From NCBI RefSeq assembly GCF_002571385.2, contig NW_019218088.1, forward strand, positions 215,218 to 279,217: a stretch of 64,000 nucleotides of DNA. Reading direction: 5' to 3'. The position numbers and the translations under genes are program-made. Below, one piece after another: positions 13,560 to 25,400 of the stretch (within the stretch, counting starts at the first letter, position 1; every line of letters starts with the position of its first letter). The notes beneath the pieces are model-generated. The model had not been told where the DNA came from. It searched no databases and saw only the letters and a program-made list of their open reading frames with translations. This DNA comes from Stylophora pistillata. Its lineage: Eukaryota.

Positions 13560-13904
13560 GAACTTTCCAGCGAAAAGAGAAGCTAAGATTGTAAACACTG
13601 AGTTCATACCCTACTGGCGATATTAAGATTAATCGGTTTTCAGGGCGTGGGTGGAATCATGGGTACCTATTTATCGTTTTGTGAAAACACCCACAGCACA
13701 AGCAACAACATTGACTACCGTTTCTTTCCGGCACGAAAAACAGTCTTGATAGGGCTATATGGTTCACACATAAAACGCTGATTCCGGAATGGTATTTGTA
13801 ACGTGGGAAAGCTGCGCCGCCTCGATCTTGTGAGTGAATCGTCGTTTAGCCGATAGGTTTGTGACACTGATGACAGAACCATAGCGGATGGCGGTGCACT
13901 CAGT

Positions 13905-15077
13905 TATCTATATTTATTTTATTTATTTATTTTTTTTATACACGGTAAAAAAGTTCATACAATGACTAACTTCCTAAAACCTAAAAATCCTAATCCTAAC
14001 ATTATATTAACTTACAATATGCCACTTCAAAAATCTGATTTCCATGAACGCCGTGCTTAAAAATTTTATAAAGAAGGCGTTTAAATTGGTTTAATGAACC
14101 AGACTCTCTAAGGTTACAGGGCAAGCTGTTCCAAAACGTTGCGCCGCTGTAACTAAAACTATTTTTCCTGTAATTAGTTCTTGGAAAGGGACAACAAGTT
14201 TGCTTACCGAGTTCCTCAGAGAATAGTTTGATTCATTTTGCTTTATAAATTTAGACGTGAGATATTCGGGAGCCAGCCCGATTGAAGACTTGAAAACCAT
14301 TAAGACGTTGAGATTTCAAGTCTTTCCACCTGAGTTTATGGAACAAAGAAACGACATCTACGTCATAGTCTGATGCAGTTATTCAACTCGTGACTCGTGC
14401 AGCATGGCTTTGTAGTTTTTGTAGCTAGTTAAATAATATACTTTGCCACAATTACCCCAGACTAGGCTGCAGTAATCAAAGTGAGATTGAACTAGTGAGC
14501 TGCATATACCAATTAGGGCGGATTGAGGCACAAATGGCTGAACTCGCTTTATGGCTCCAATTGCAGAAGCGATCTTTTTACACAGTTTATCAATGTGGGA
14601 ATGCCACGTTAAATTTTCATCGATATACAGAAGAAACTTTTTCAATCGGAATATTATCAATGGAGAGCTCGAGTGTATCAGATAGAGTACTTAATCCTTG
14701 CCTGATCAACATAAATTCAGTTTTTGTAGCGTTCAAGTTAAGTCAGTTAGACACAAGCCATTTGCTTAGCTTTTCAAGGTCGTGAGATAGACTAGACTGA
14801 ATCAAATGCAAATCAGAACCAGCATAAGTAATGTGGATATCATGATCAGCATACATTCTAGGTATACTGAACGAAAGACAGTTAAGCAAATCGTTAATAT
14901 AAATGAGAAATATAAAAGAGGGCCAAGGATCGTTCTCTGTGGCACACCACATTACGAATGGTGAAGTCAGAGAGACAACCGTTAACTGAGCACCGTTGTT
15001 TGCAATTCGTCAAATGCGATTTAAACCAGTCAAGAGTTTTACCTTGAATTCCACATCGATTCATTTTATTTAGTAAT
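13905..15077 (-). mobile_element. 5'-truncated, decayed CR1/L2-group LINE
   Basis: GIQGKTLDWFKS...IYINDL...YAD...LSKWLVSN...IDENLTWHSHIDKLCKKI...FDYCSLVWG; simple-repeat (TAAA)n tail at ~13905-13935. Confidence 0.9.
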
Positions 15078-15542
15078 ATGTTTAGATATAATAGGCTCCT
15101 TACGCTAAGAAGTCACGTGATCTTTTCCGCCATGATGGAGGGCAAAGAAGTCGGTTGCTACGGGAAACAATGGCTTCCTCGTGAGATGACGAAAGGTGAG
15201 TTACGCAAATATCACTGGCTCTACTTGCTTCTTTGTTTCGGAACAAAACGATCTTTATCCACTGAGAACTCTCAAAAAGAGCGACTGTAATAGTTGCAGA
15301 CCTACTGCTGTTTTTGATTTGTCGGAAAGCTCCATATTTGCTTGTGTTTTCGCGTTCGTGTAATCCGCACTTTGCCAACTGGTACGTCATATCATTTTTT
15401 TTTTTAACTTCCTTTCAACGCCGGTTTTGTCTATTTTTAAGTTGATATTGTTAGGTGATGATCGTCGAGTCAATTTAGTTTCCAGAATGGTAGCGAATAA
15501 AACATTTCCGAGTGAAGGTAAGAAAAATAAGTTTGTTTACTT

Positions 15543-15696
15543 GTATCCTCACTATATACTGGTTCTATTTCAGATAAACAGATTACAAAGTGTTGTGGAA
15601 TTTTAGAACTTTTGGAGCCTAATAATAGTGTGATGGCTGATAAGGGTTTTAATATTGATGATCTATTATGTAGTAAAGGGATAAAGCTAAACCTTC
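15543..15696 (+). mobile_element. ISL2EU/Harbinger-group (DDE_Tnp_4-type) transposase fragment, central part
   Basis: VSSLYTGSISDKQITKCCGILELLEPNNSVMADKGFNIDDLLCSKGIKLNL, with the SD and MADKGF motifs. Confidence 0.8.
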
Positions 15697-16332
15697 NGGT
15701 GGGAGAGCATAAAAAAGTAAGTTTGACTTTATCAACTGGGTTGATATGTAAATTGGCCACCGTAATGAGTTTCAAGCTGACGTTTCGAACATTAGGCCTT
15801 CGTCATTCACTCTGTTAATAAAGCCATAATTACATCTTAAGCCCCGGGAATATTCCCTGAATCATCTTTCTTTTTTATTCTATTCAGCTATCTGCTTGCC
15901 AATGAAATGAAGCTGTATGGAAATATTTCTCGATAGGAAGAATGTATCTTGCTGAGAACAAGTTTCATCACTGGTGGAGCTTACAGCAATGTCTCGATGA
16001 GTGTTTTAAATTTCCTTTTCAAAGCTATTTGACCTCGTTAAAATACTTCTTGAAAATTCGAAATTCTGTTCAGAAACACATTTCTAGGCTTTGTTAAATA
16101 ACAGTTTCTTGTCGTTTTAAAGCCTGCCTTTCCTACCCAGACAGTTCGGTCTGTTGACGCTGGCACAAATACATGTAAAGACTGACAGATTTAAGAATGT
16201 ATTTGTAATAGGCTTATTTTTAAATATAATATTTTTATATTTCTATTATTTATATACAGTATGTCATGTATTTTTAGACTCCTAACGGCTGGTGTAACTT
16301 AAGACATGTCTTTTTATCTAAGGAGGAATAAA

Positions 16333-16367
<35 letters not shown>
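16333..16367 (+). repeat. (GATT)n microsatellite after AATAAA, probably a retroelement tail
   Basis: aataaagattgattgattg... Confidence 0.8.
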
Positions 16368-17059
16368 ACAATTACAACAACGTTCATCTATACACCTAGC
16401 ACATGTAGTCTATTTATTGATTACACATATGTCTGCAAACAAACGTGCTAGGTTTACAAAAATTTATCACTAAAGAGAAAACTAGTTATAATCTAAATGA
16501 AACTAAGAAGATAAAAGATCGCTTATAACGTTCCGTACGAATACGAGGTAAAATGTAGTTATAGCCGCGAGAACGGAGCGACCATNTCGGGCGGATATGA
16601 TTGAGCTAAACGTACTATCCTTCGAAAAGAGATTTAGCTAATGGATAGCGTTATCCATCCTTTGAACAACCTGAGCCAGAATTTTAATTTTAGCTGCCAG
16701 CAGGCGAATAGCATCAATTCTTCTTAACGTCCTTCACTCAAACCAGCGCTATACAAGTTCATCATTTGCATCTTTGCGCGTTAAAAACACTCAACTGGTG
16801 AAGATCTGAGCACAGACATGTCTCTGAGACGTCGCGTTGTTGTATTTAGCTGCAAGCCGTAAATTGTACGAATCAGACGTTTTTCCGCAACTTAATTGTT
16901 CCATCCGGTGAACGAAAACAAGTTGTTTACTCGCCACTTGGACGGCTTTGTTCGCTTAGGAAAAACCGCTTAGGAAAAACCGCCTTAGGAATGGCCGGTT
17001 CAAAATACTAAGAGGTGTCTAACTCTTAAAATACTCATGAACAAAGTTGAGCAACTTAC

Positions 17060-17464
17060 CTTCTTTTTCCTCTGCGGTGAATGTGGCCTTGAAACCATGG
17101 TGATACAAAGACTCCGAGTGGGATCTGAAACTCACCCTCATGTACCGTCCGCTTGAGAGAATGTCCGCTGGTGTTGAAAGACCACAAAATGTCCCTTTAC
17201 TTGCGCTGTAACTTTCTTTCCCGTCTCGAACCTCTACATAATCTTTACTACAAAATCCGTATTCGGGTTGTAGTTGAAATTCATCAAAGCTGAGCTTTAC
17301 AATCTTTCTCTCTGGCATAGTGATCACCCAATCACATCTCATATTCGGCGGGTATGAGGAACCTTCCTTTGGACTTTCTAGAGTTCCGTATGTTCCGTTC
17401 AAACTCAGTTTCTCATTGATGACGTTCCCATAGTAACACTTCTCCATTGAATAAGCAGCAGAGG
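17060..17464 (-). CDS. Open orphan CUB-domain exon (type C, third CUB) of a paralog or allele
   Basis: 405-nt phase1-phase1 exon with AG/GT ends; about 24 amino-acid differences from 24144-24548; flanking intron also homologous. Confidence 0.8.
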
Positions 17465-17571
17465 CTATAGAATAATTTGCGAAAAAAATGACTGTTAATA
17501 AATATATATTTTAAATCTGAACTACAGATTAATGAATAGAAGATAATGGCGATCTTTGCAGTAAATATGTC

Positions 17572-17589
17572 TTATTAGACATTTTATTG

Positions 17590-17637
<48 letters not shown>

Positions 17638-17918
17638 ACGTAGGGCGAGTCAAAATACTAATAACGAGTAAAAATACTCAGCGATACTACACAAAAAAAC
17701 GTCTAATAAGTTATTTATTATCTAACACGCCAAACTGTTATTTCAGTGCGGGCGAATTTCGCGGATATTTATTTACGCGGAGTACGTGACAGAAGTGTGC
17801 GAAGGGGAACGGAATTGACGCGTTGTCGTGTTGCTGTTCCTTTTTTCTTCAATAAATGAAGAAATTTCCAGGTCGTCTAGCTGTTTTTCTTCGTTCGATT
17901 CATCTAATAAACTTGGAA
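17572..17918 (-). mobile_element. Hairpin-ended repeat with a short remnant ORF, possibly a non-autonomous Crypton-type element; second copy at 51433-51900
   Basis: Hairpin gtgtagtatcgctgagtattttta...taaaaatactcagcgatactacac. Minus-strand remnant EEKQLDDLEISSFIEEKRNSNTT resembles N-termini of Crypton/DUF3504 recombinases (recognition only). Confidence 0.45.
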
Positions 17919-18114
17919 NNNNNNNNNNNNNNNNNNNNNNNNNNNNNNNNNNNNNNNNNNNNNNNNNNNNNNNNNNNNNNNNNNNNNNNNNNNNNNNNNN
18001 NNNNNNNNNNNNNNNNNNNNNNNNNNNNNNNNNNNNNNNNNNNNNNNNNNNNNNNNNNNNNNNNNNNNNNGTTTCTCATTGTTGACGTTGCCTATGTAGC
18101 ACTTCTAAGGGAGA

Positions 18115-18354
18115 AACCTTCCACGATATCTTTTAAATCATGCACAGTTTTCACCAGAGGAAGTCAAAGAAACAAAAACCATAGCCAAAGTCCGGATTCA
18201 TGTGGAGAGGGCCATACGTCGAATTAAAGAATATCATGTTTTCGACAACGAAATTCCTTTGTCACTTTTGGGCACTGTCAATCAGATGTGGACAGTGGCA
18301 CGTTTGCTTGTAAATTTTCAGGGACCATTAATTTTGAAAAATAATCTGTCTTAG
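18115..18354 (+). mobile_element. ISL2EU/Harbinger-group transposase C-terminal fragment
   Basis: NLPRYLLNHAQFSPEEVKETKTIAKVRIHVERAIRRIKEYHVFDNEIPLSLLGTVNQMWTVARLLVNFQGPLI; RIHVER carries the catalytic Glu. It continues the peptide broken at 15696. Confidence 0.8.
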
Positions 18355-18499
18355 CAGGTGCCACAGGGTGTTATCATTATACATATTACAGTGATGTAAG
18401 TGTTCTCACAAAAAATAGTTAAAATAAAACATGTCAACCTTATCCTTACATTCTTGGAAAAAAATAGGATCAAATACTGTTCTTTGGCAAAAAAAACAA

Positions 18500-20336
18500 A
18501 TCATCTGCAAGTTTTAGCCGCTGAATTCGGAAGCTCGAAGCTTGTCCAGGTTCAAGTTCGCCCTTCTTTAGAAAAGCCAACTTCAATCTGTGCTGCAAGT
18601 GAAAACATTATTTTGTGTGCAGACGATGCCCAGAGAGGAATTATACAAGTGACATTACACTACAATGGAGTTGGCATTGCTGGTACCGGGGTCAGACTCG
18701 TGACCTACCTGACTGGCATTTTGAATATCATATCTATGGAAGTTCTCAAACAAGCTTAGAAGTTGATCAACTTCTAAAGAACAACTCGGTGTCTTGTAGA
18801 GAAATCAAAAGACTGTTAATTTGAAGACGGGATAGCGTTCACTAATTCGGGGGATGGAAGGTAAAGTTCTTCAGTCCTTGTGAGAAAAACGTTAAAACCT
18901 TGATGGGCTATGGTCAGGAAGGAGCAAGTGATGGAACGGATGAAACGTGTTCTTTTACGCAAGTTCATGGCATCTGTTCTATGGAGAAGACTCTATTCAT
19001 ATCGGATGTGGCTACAGGTTGCATTAAACTAGCGTCGGGACTCAGTTGTACTGTGTCGTTCTTAAAATATCACATGTAAATGTCAACATCACAAAGACCG
19101 TTTCTGAGGTGAGACAACGGCACAGTATAAAACAAACCACAGAAGCCAACGGCCCTGAAAGAACTCTGTCTCATAAAATTCAAGTCTCACTTAAACTGCT
19201 CGAAGGGATACACCGCCTGCACAACTGCATAGCCTCGATTAACAACGATTATCTCCAAGACATTGAATTGAGCACATTACTCACAGTAGTTGTGGAGAAT
19301 CTACATGAAGTTTCACATTTTAAACATGAGACCTTCACCGCATTACAGTATCCCCAAAACTTTGGATTAATTACCAAGGAGTCGTTGAAGAGAGTAACGA
19401 AATGGGCAACCAAGTATTTCACTCATGAAAAATCCTACTATCCTGTCCCTCAGACCAGCACGGAGTTTGCAAATGTAAACTTTATGCGACCTCTACATTC
19501 AGTAGAGACCGACCCCAAGATTGAAAGTGCTATGTAAGAATCTGTGGAGAAGTATCGTCCCTTGAGGCAAAGGACAGTTCGGGAGGAAACTACCAAGGAC
19601 AGGGCAGGAACTTTGCCACCGGGCGTCTACACGAAGCAACAAGATTCCGCCAAACTGGACTTGTTGGCGGGACTAGGTAACTATTTTTACTCGGGAGATC
19701 AGTCAGTACGGTTCAGCAGCGACAAAAGAGCTGTTCAAGCTACTTCGAAAGGTGGGAATGTGACAGATATCACATTTGTTGACGACTGTATCGTTGAAGT
19801 GGCAGTTGCTGAGGTGCGAACACATGCAGGCGAATATGACACGGACTCAGAAAACGACTTTTCTGACCAAGAGGATGGAGATGTTACCCCAATTACGGTT
19901 ATGCTCTCGCACATTTTCGCTTGGACTTCTAAGGTACGCTTTCTCTGATATCCTAGTTGAAAAGTAGACAAAAGAACGTTCCTTTCCGATCATTTCATCG
20001 GAGCCAATCGCAATCGGAGCTTTGTAAAACAAAACATAAATCCATTATATCGTGCTGGAGGACTTTTCACAAGTTTGTTTTCTTTCTGATGATCTTCTTT
20101 CCAACATTTTGACCCGTTAAAAAGAAAGTACGGTCAAGAAAAATTTAATCTCAGTTAGGAGACTTTTTCCTCAGGTGTTCGAAAATAACTGCCATTTTGT
20201 CTAGTTTGCTTTGTATTAGCGCATGAGCGCTTCGAAGTTGCCCACTTTTACAACTTTCGTGTTTAAAAAAACCGCCATCATGGATATACGGCATTGTGAC
20301 GTATCAATAGTCAAACTTTAGTTCGGCACTTTGTCC
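18500..20336 (+). mobile_element. Decayed intronless element: NHL beta-propeller repeats followed by a P/THAP9-transposase-like C-terminal segment
   Basis: Frameshifted ORF pieces: KPTSICAASENIILCADD; VKTLMGYGQEGASDGTDETCSFTQVHGICSMEKTLFISDVATGCIKL; LLTVVVENLHEVSHFKHETFTALQY; YFTHEKSYYPVP; RQRTVREETTKDRAGTLP; acidic tail. The right boundary is approximate. Confidence 0.5.
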
Positions 20337-20429
20337 TTATTGACTAGTTTGACCTTTTGTGAAAACATATTTCTAATACTCTCTGTAGTTGAAATGAGGT
20401 GAACTGTCCTGTTGTTGAATAATATAGAT

Positions 20430-20815
20430 CAATTTCTATAGCGCATTTCCATGTAAATGCTCTAATGCGCTTTACAACACTGTGCGGGGGACTTTTCCAG
20501 ACTGCCGGCGGCAGTTTACAATTAATAAAGGAGAAATTTTTACAGATGCCCCCTCCCCCCCTTCCCAGTAAACAGGCCAGACCACATCACAGTAATCTCG
20601 TGATGTGGGTTCTTTAACGTCCCTTGCCGAAATTAACTAATTGATAGGTGCAGGAGACGGGACCTCCGGCTTTACGTCCTATCCGAGAAGACGAAGCAAT
20701 GTGAGTGAAGCGTCTTGCTTAAGGACACAACGTCAAGCCCCAGCCAGGACTTGAACCCGGGCCATCTGACCTAGAGTCCAGCGCACTGACCACTGGACTA
20801 CTCACGCCTCACATT
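20430..20815 (-). mobile_element. tRNA-derived SINE with an L2-like 3' tail; same family at 34635-34880 (+)
   Basis: Head with A/B-box-like tagtccagtggtcagtgc...gggttcaagtcct; core ggataggacgtaaagccggaggtcccgtctcctgca. Confidence 0.75.
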
Positions 20816-21506
20816 NNNNNNNNNNNGTCGTTGCCATTTTGAAACGGTCATTGTCATTTGTCGAAACAGTCGTTGCCATTTTGTAATGAATGGCAACGAC
20901 TGTTATCGGAAATGGCAACGACCGTTTCAAAATGGTAACGACCGTTTCAAATGGCAACGGCCGTTTACGAAAGGGAAAATTGCACCGAGGTGACTACTTT
21001 TTATTCTTTGAATCTCTTCCAACCCCCAGCTAACATAAATATCCCATAATTCTCCACACCCCTCTCTGTACATTCACTTTCGTACTGACAGGGAGAATTC
21101 GTCTAACAATCAAAACCTCCTAGGTTGGCGATCATTTTCTTTATTCCAGAGAAATTAGAAGCCAGTCACTCTTGGAGTTTAAAGACTCAAGACAAAATTC
21201 TTACAACAATTTGCATGTTTGCCATTGCAATCACTGTGTCTTTTTTCGTTACAGGCTACTGCATGTTATGTTTTTTTCTAAATGTTAAAGTTGATCGATT
21301 ACCCATAATTCTTAAGTCGTTTAGTTTGGCGGAGAGTTATTTTTCAGCCCAAAAAAACTTGTTGTGGCGGGGGAAAGAGAGCTGACGCTTTGAGAGTTAT
21401 CCCTTCGTCAGAGCGAATGAAACTGTTTACAGAAGCCAATTTCCAAATCATAAAACATAATACAAATAGAACGAAGTGAACGATAAGAAAATAATGAATA
21501 AGTTAC

Positions 21507-21881
21507 CTTTAGAAGCCGCTAAGACATTCAAACTGAAACCCCTGTAATTAGTTATTCCATCAGACGAGAACCTTACAAGCAGATGACGACCAGTGGAGTA
21601 AATAACCTCAGGATGCACTTTTCAACAATAGGACCCAAGGAGATTGGACACAGTGCTGTTACCGTCATAAAAGTCCAACCTATCATCAGAAAAATATCCA
21701 AAAAGTCCCTGTTTGACCTGAAAGTCGTTAAATGTCACCTTCACTATAGCACCAATGAGATCAGCTTGGATATGTCGAGTACAGTCCAAGTAATAGGTGT
21801 AATAGGATGGATAGCCAGGACTTGTGATAGTCGAACTTTGCCTTGTGAAGGCAACAATTTCTTGTGGATAAACTGAACAAC
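21507..21881 (-). pseudogene. CUB-domain exon (type A) with a nonsense codon
   Basis: 375-nt exon GCSVYPQEIVAFTRQSSTITSPGYPSYY...LLGSYC*KVHPEVIYSTG; TGA at 21622-21624 replaces the conserved Gly; a conserved Trp and Cys are also lost. Confidence 0.85.
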
Positions 21882-22460
21882 CTTAAGTTTAAAGAAATCC
21901 AATCATAAAAAAGAAATTAAAATAACAAAACACTCCATTTAACAAAAGAACAGAACACAACAGTTCTTGGTCACCCAACACATACTGCAGCTTCTATGCT
22001 GTAAATCATCAAACACAAAAGCCACAATGCTTTATTGATTTTTCNTGAGAAAAAGCAGTTCTTATTGTATCAGTTTTCGACTGAAAGATTTTCAAGTTTA
22101 CGTTATATGTGCGCTATATATGCGCTGTATATGCTTGTGTTCAGAAGGGTCGTAACTGACTTAGACAATGACTGAAAGTCATGTCAAAGATCTCATTTCA
22201 TTCCAGAACTCAGAAAAAGCAGTTCTTATTGTATCAGTTTTCGATTTAATTTTCGAGTTTACCCTATATGTGCTTTTCATCCAAAATTATAGGGTCGGAA
22301 AGTAATAATTAACTTGCTAAGTTAATCATTAACAGTCATTTAAATGACAACTGACAAATGGCCGAAAATTTAACTGACAACTGATAAATGGCCCAAAAGT
22401 TAACTGACAAGTGACATTCGTACCCCCCCCCCATCCATTCAGACCCTCATTTTACTGATT

Positions 22461-25400
22461 CTATGCTTCCGCCNNNNNNNNNNNNNNNNNNNNGGGGGGC
22501 GCGGACGGTTCTACTTGTGTACTCTGTTGCCATGGGTACGACTGACCTGGAGGTGGATACTGAGGAACTTGTTCCTCCCCAGGGTACGGTGGTGGTGGCT
22601 GCAATGGATACGGGTACCCTGAGGGTGGTGGATGCGCGTTAGACGGCGCAGGAGCAAAAAGCACAGGAGGGGGTGGGTAAGGATTTGATGCCGATTGGAA
22701 AGGAGGTTGGCTTGCCGGTTGCTGAAATGGGGTTGGATGGTGAATCACACCTGAGTGTATGGTCTGAGACATCGAGGCGGTAGTTTGTGTCGCCATTGAA
22801 ATCCTGGCAGCCGCGGATTGATTCCGTCTGGTCTTCCTGCATTTTAAAACACATACCAGACCACAAGTGCAGATGACGAAGACAACCGAAAAGACAATGG
22901 CGAACACACTAAGCGAAGATAACTCTGGAGAAAGAAAAATATTAATAATCATGTAAAGCTACAACCTACCTCCTCATGTATCCTTATCATGGCTCCTTTT
23001 AATATCCTATTCTATTGATTTAATCAACTATTTTATCAGTTAATAAGTTGATATTTTCTGACAAGCGATCTTGAAAATTAGAAGCGACGTAATTTCAAGT
23101 TGGGGGCGACGCAATTTCAAGTTGGGGGCGACGCAACCCTATTTCGAGGTGACGGAACTTTATTTAGAGGCGACAGAACTAGAGGCAACCGTGGAAAAAG
23201 GCGAGATCACCTCCAACCCGATATTAAACGCGAAAAACTAAACCCAATCCTTCGAACAACTTGGTCCTGAATTTTAATTCGCCAGTTGGCGAACAGCATG
23301 AAGTTATCTCAACGTCCTCCATGCAGACCAGCGCTCATTATACGAGACGTCGTCATTAACTTTTTTGCACGACTACACACTCAAATGGTGATCAATCGCA
23401 ACGAAGAAAATTAGTGAGCACAGACCTGTCTCTACGCACCCGATTCGCCTTTAATCTACCGCTTATAAGCGAATCTAATTATACCAAATTACCGCATACA
23501 TGCTGATAAAGTAGGACCTATTTACCTACCGAGACTAGATTACCGAGAACAAAACAAAGGCCAAAACAAAAGAAAACAAAACAAAACAAAACAAAGGAAA
23601 AAAAAACAAAGGAAATGATTTCAGAATGTCTTCGGTATCGCAGTCGCACTTGACATGTGGCAAGGTACAAGCGAAAGAGGAAAATTCATCGCTTTTACAT
23701 CTGGTAAAAAGAGATCATGGATAAAATTCCACGCGTGAAGATTACTGAAGAACAGAAAAACATTCTGAAATCATTTCCTTTGTTTTGTTTTCCTTTGTTT
23801 TCTTTTGTTTTGGCCTTTGTTTTGTTCTCGGTAATCTAATCTCGGTAGGTAAATAGGTCCTACTTTATCAGCATGTATGCGGTAATTTGGTATAATTAAA
23901 TTCGCTTATAAGCGGTAGATTAAAGGCGAATCGGGTGCTCTACGACTCGGACGTCACGATCTTGCATCCACAAAGCAGATGCTTTTTTTGAAACTTAAAT
24001 GCTTATCTTAGCGAACAAAGATAAAAGATGGTTAGCGGCCGCTTCGACCATGTTTGCTAAAACCACATTTCAAATAGCCCGGCTTAGTCCTATGTAAGAA
24101 GTGTCTTACTAATAATACTCATGAACTTAGTTAAGCAACTCACTTTTTTTCTCTTCTGCTGTGAATGTAGCCTTGAAGCCATCGTAAAACGTAGAATCGG
24201 AGTCGGATCTGAAACTCACCCTCATGTACCGTCCGCTTGAGAGAATGTCCGCTGGCGTTGAAAGACCACAGAATTTCCCTTTACTTGTGCTGTAACTTTC
24301 TTTCCCGTCACGAACCTCTACATAATCTTCACTGCATGATCCGTAGTCAGATTCCAGCTGAAATTCATAAAAGCTGAGCTTTACAATCTTTCCCTCTGGC
24401 ACAGTGATCAGCCAATCACATCTCATATTTGGTGGGTATGAAGAACCTTCCTTTGGACTTTCTAGGGTTCCATATGTTCCACTCAAACTCAGTTTTTCAT
24501 TGTTGGCGTTCCCATAGTAACACTTCTCCTTTGAATTAGCAGTGGAGGCTATGGAAAAACATGCGAACAAGTGACTGTGAATACATGAATATCATATAAT
24601 GAACTGCGGATTGATAAATAAAAGATGATACTGATTTTCGCAATAAAGAGTATCACTTTAAAAGGAGTAGTGAAAATAAAGCCTGAAAACAAAATTCAGG
24701 CTTGTACAGGAGTTTAACCCTTACAGGGTATGAAGAAACTTCCTTTGGACTTGCTTAAGTTCCTTTCGTACCAGTCAAACTCAGTTTCTCATTGTTGACG
24801 TTGCCTATGTAGCACTTCTTCTTTCAAAAAGTAGCAGAAGCTATGAAAAAATACTCCGAAAAGTCATGAACTCATAATTATAGCGCCATACTCTAACAAA
24901 CTGCCTAACTGGGTATTTGTACAAACAGACAGTAGTCTTATTTCATTTACACCATCTCTCTCATAACTCACTCCGAGTTGAACAGCATCAATCATAGCTG
25001 CAATGGAAAAAAGAAATCATTTCCACTTGTTTGCCCTCGAAAAGAAGAATGACGCACGGTTTTCTCATGGTCGTCCGCCTATAGAACCAATCCCAACAAT
25101 GGATTCTTAGAATTTCTTAGAATTGGGCACCAACAAAAATAAAAACCGAGGTACTAAATTGACGTGTCCACTTTAAGTATATATCTATCGGCGTTCTAGG
25201 CAGCAATCTGATTGGCTACGCTGCTCACCAGCTATTCCGTGAAAGACATTGAACACTCTTTTCTGTTTTGATGTTACGTTCCGAACGCCCAGTAGATTTA
25301 TTCTAAAACATTCAGTTTATTTGCTCTCAATTTCTATACGTGATAGATAACTCAGGTTTCACCCTCGTCCAATATTGAAAAAATGGAATCCATGTTGCCG

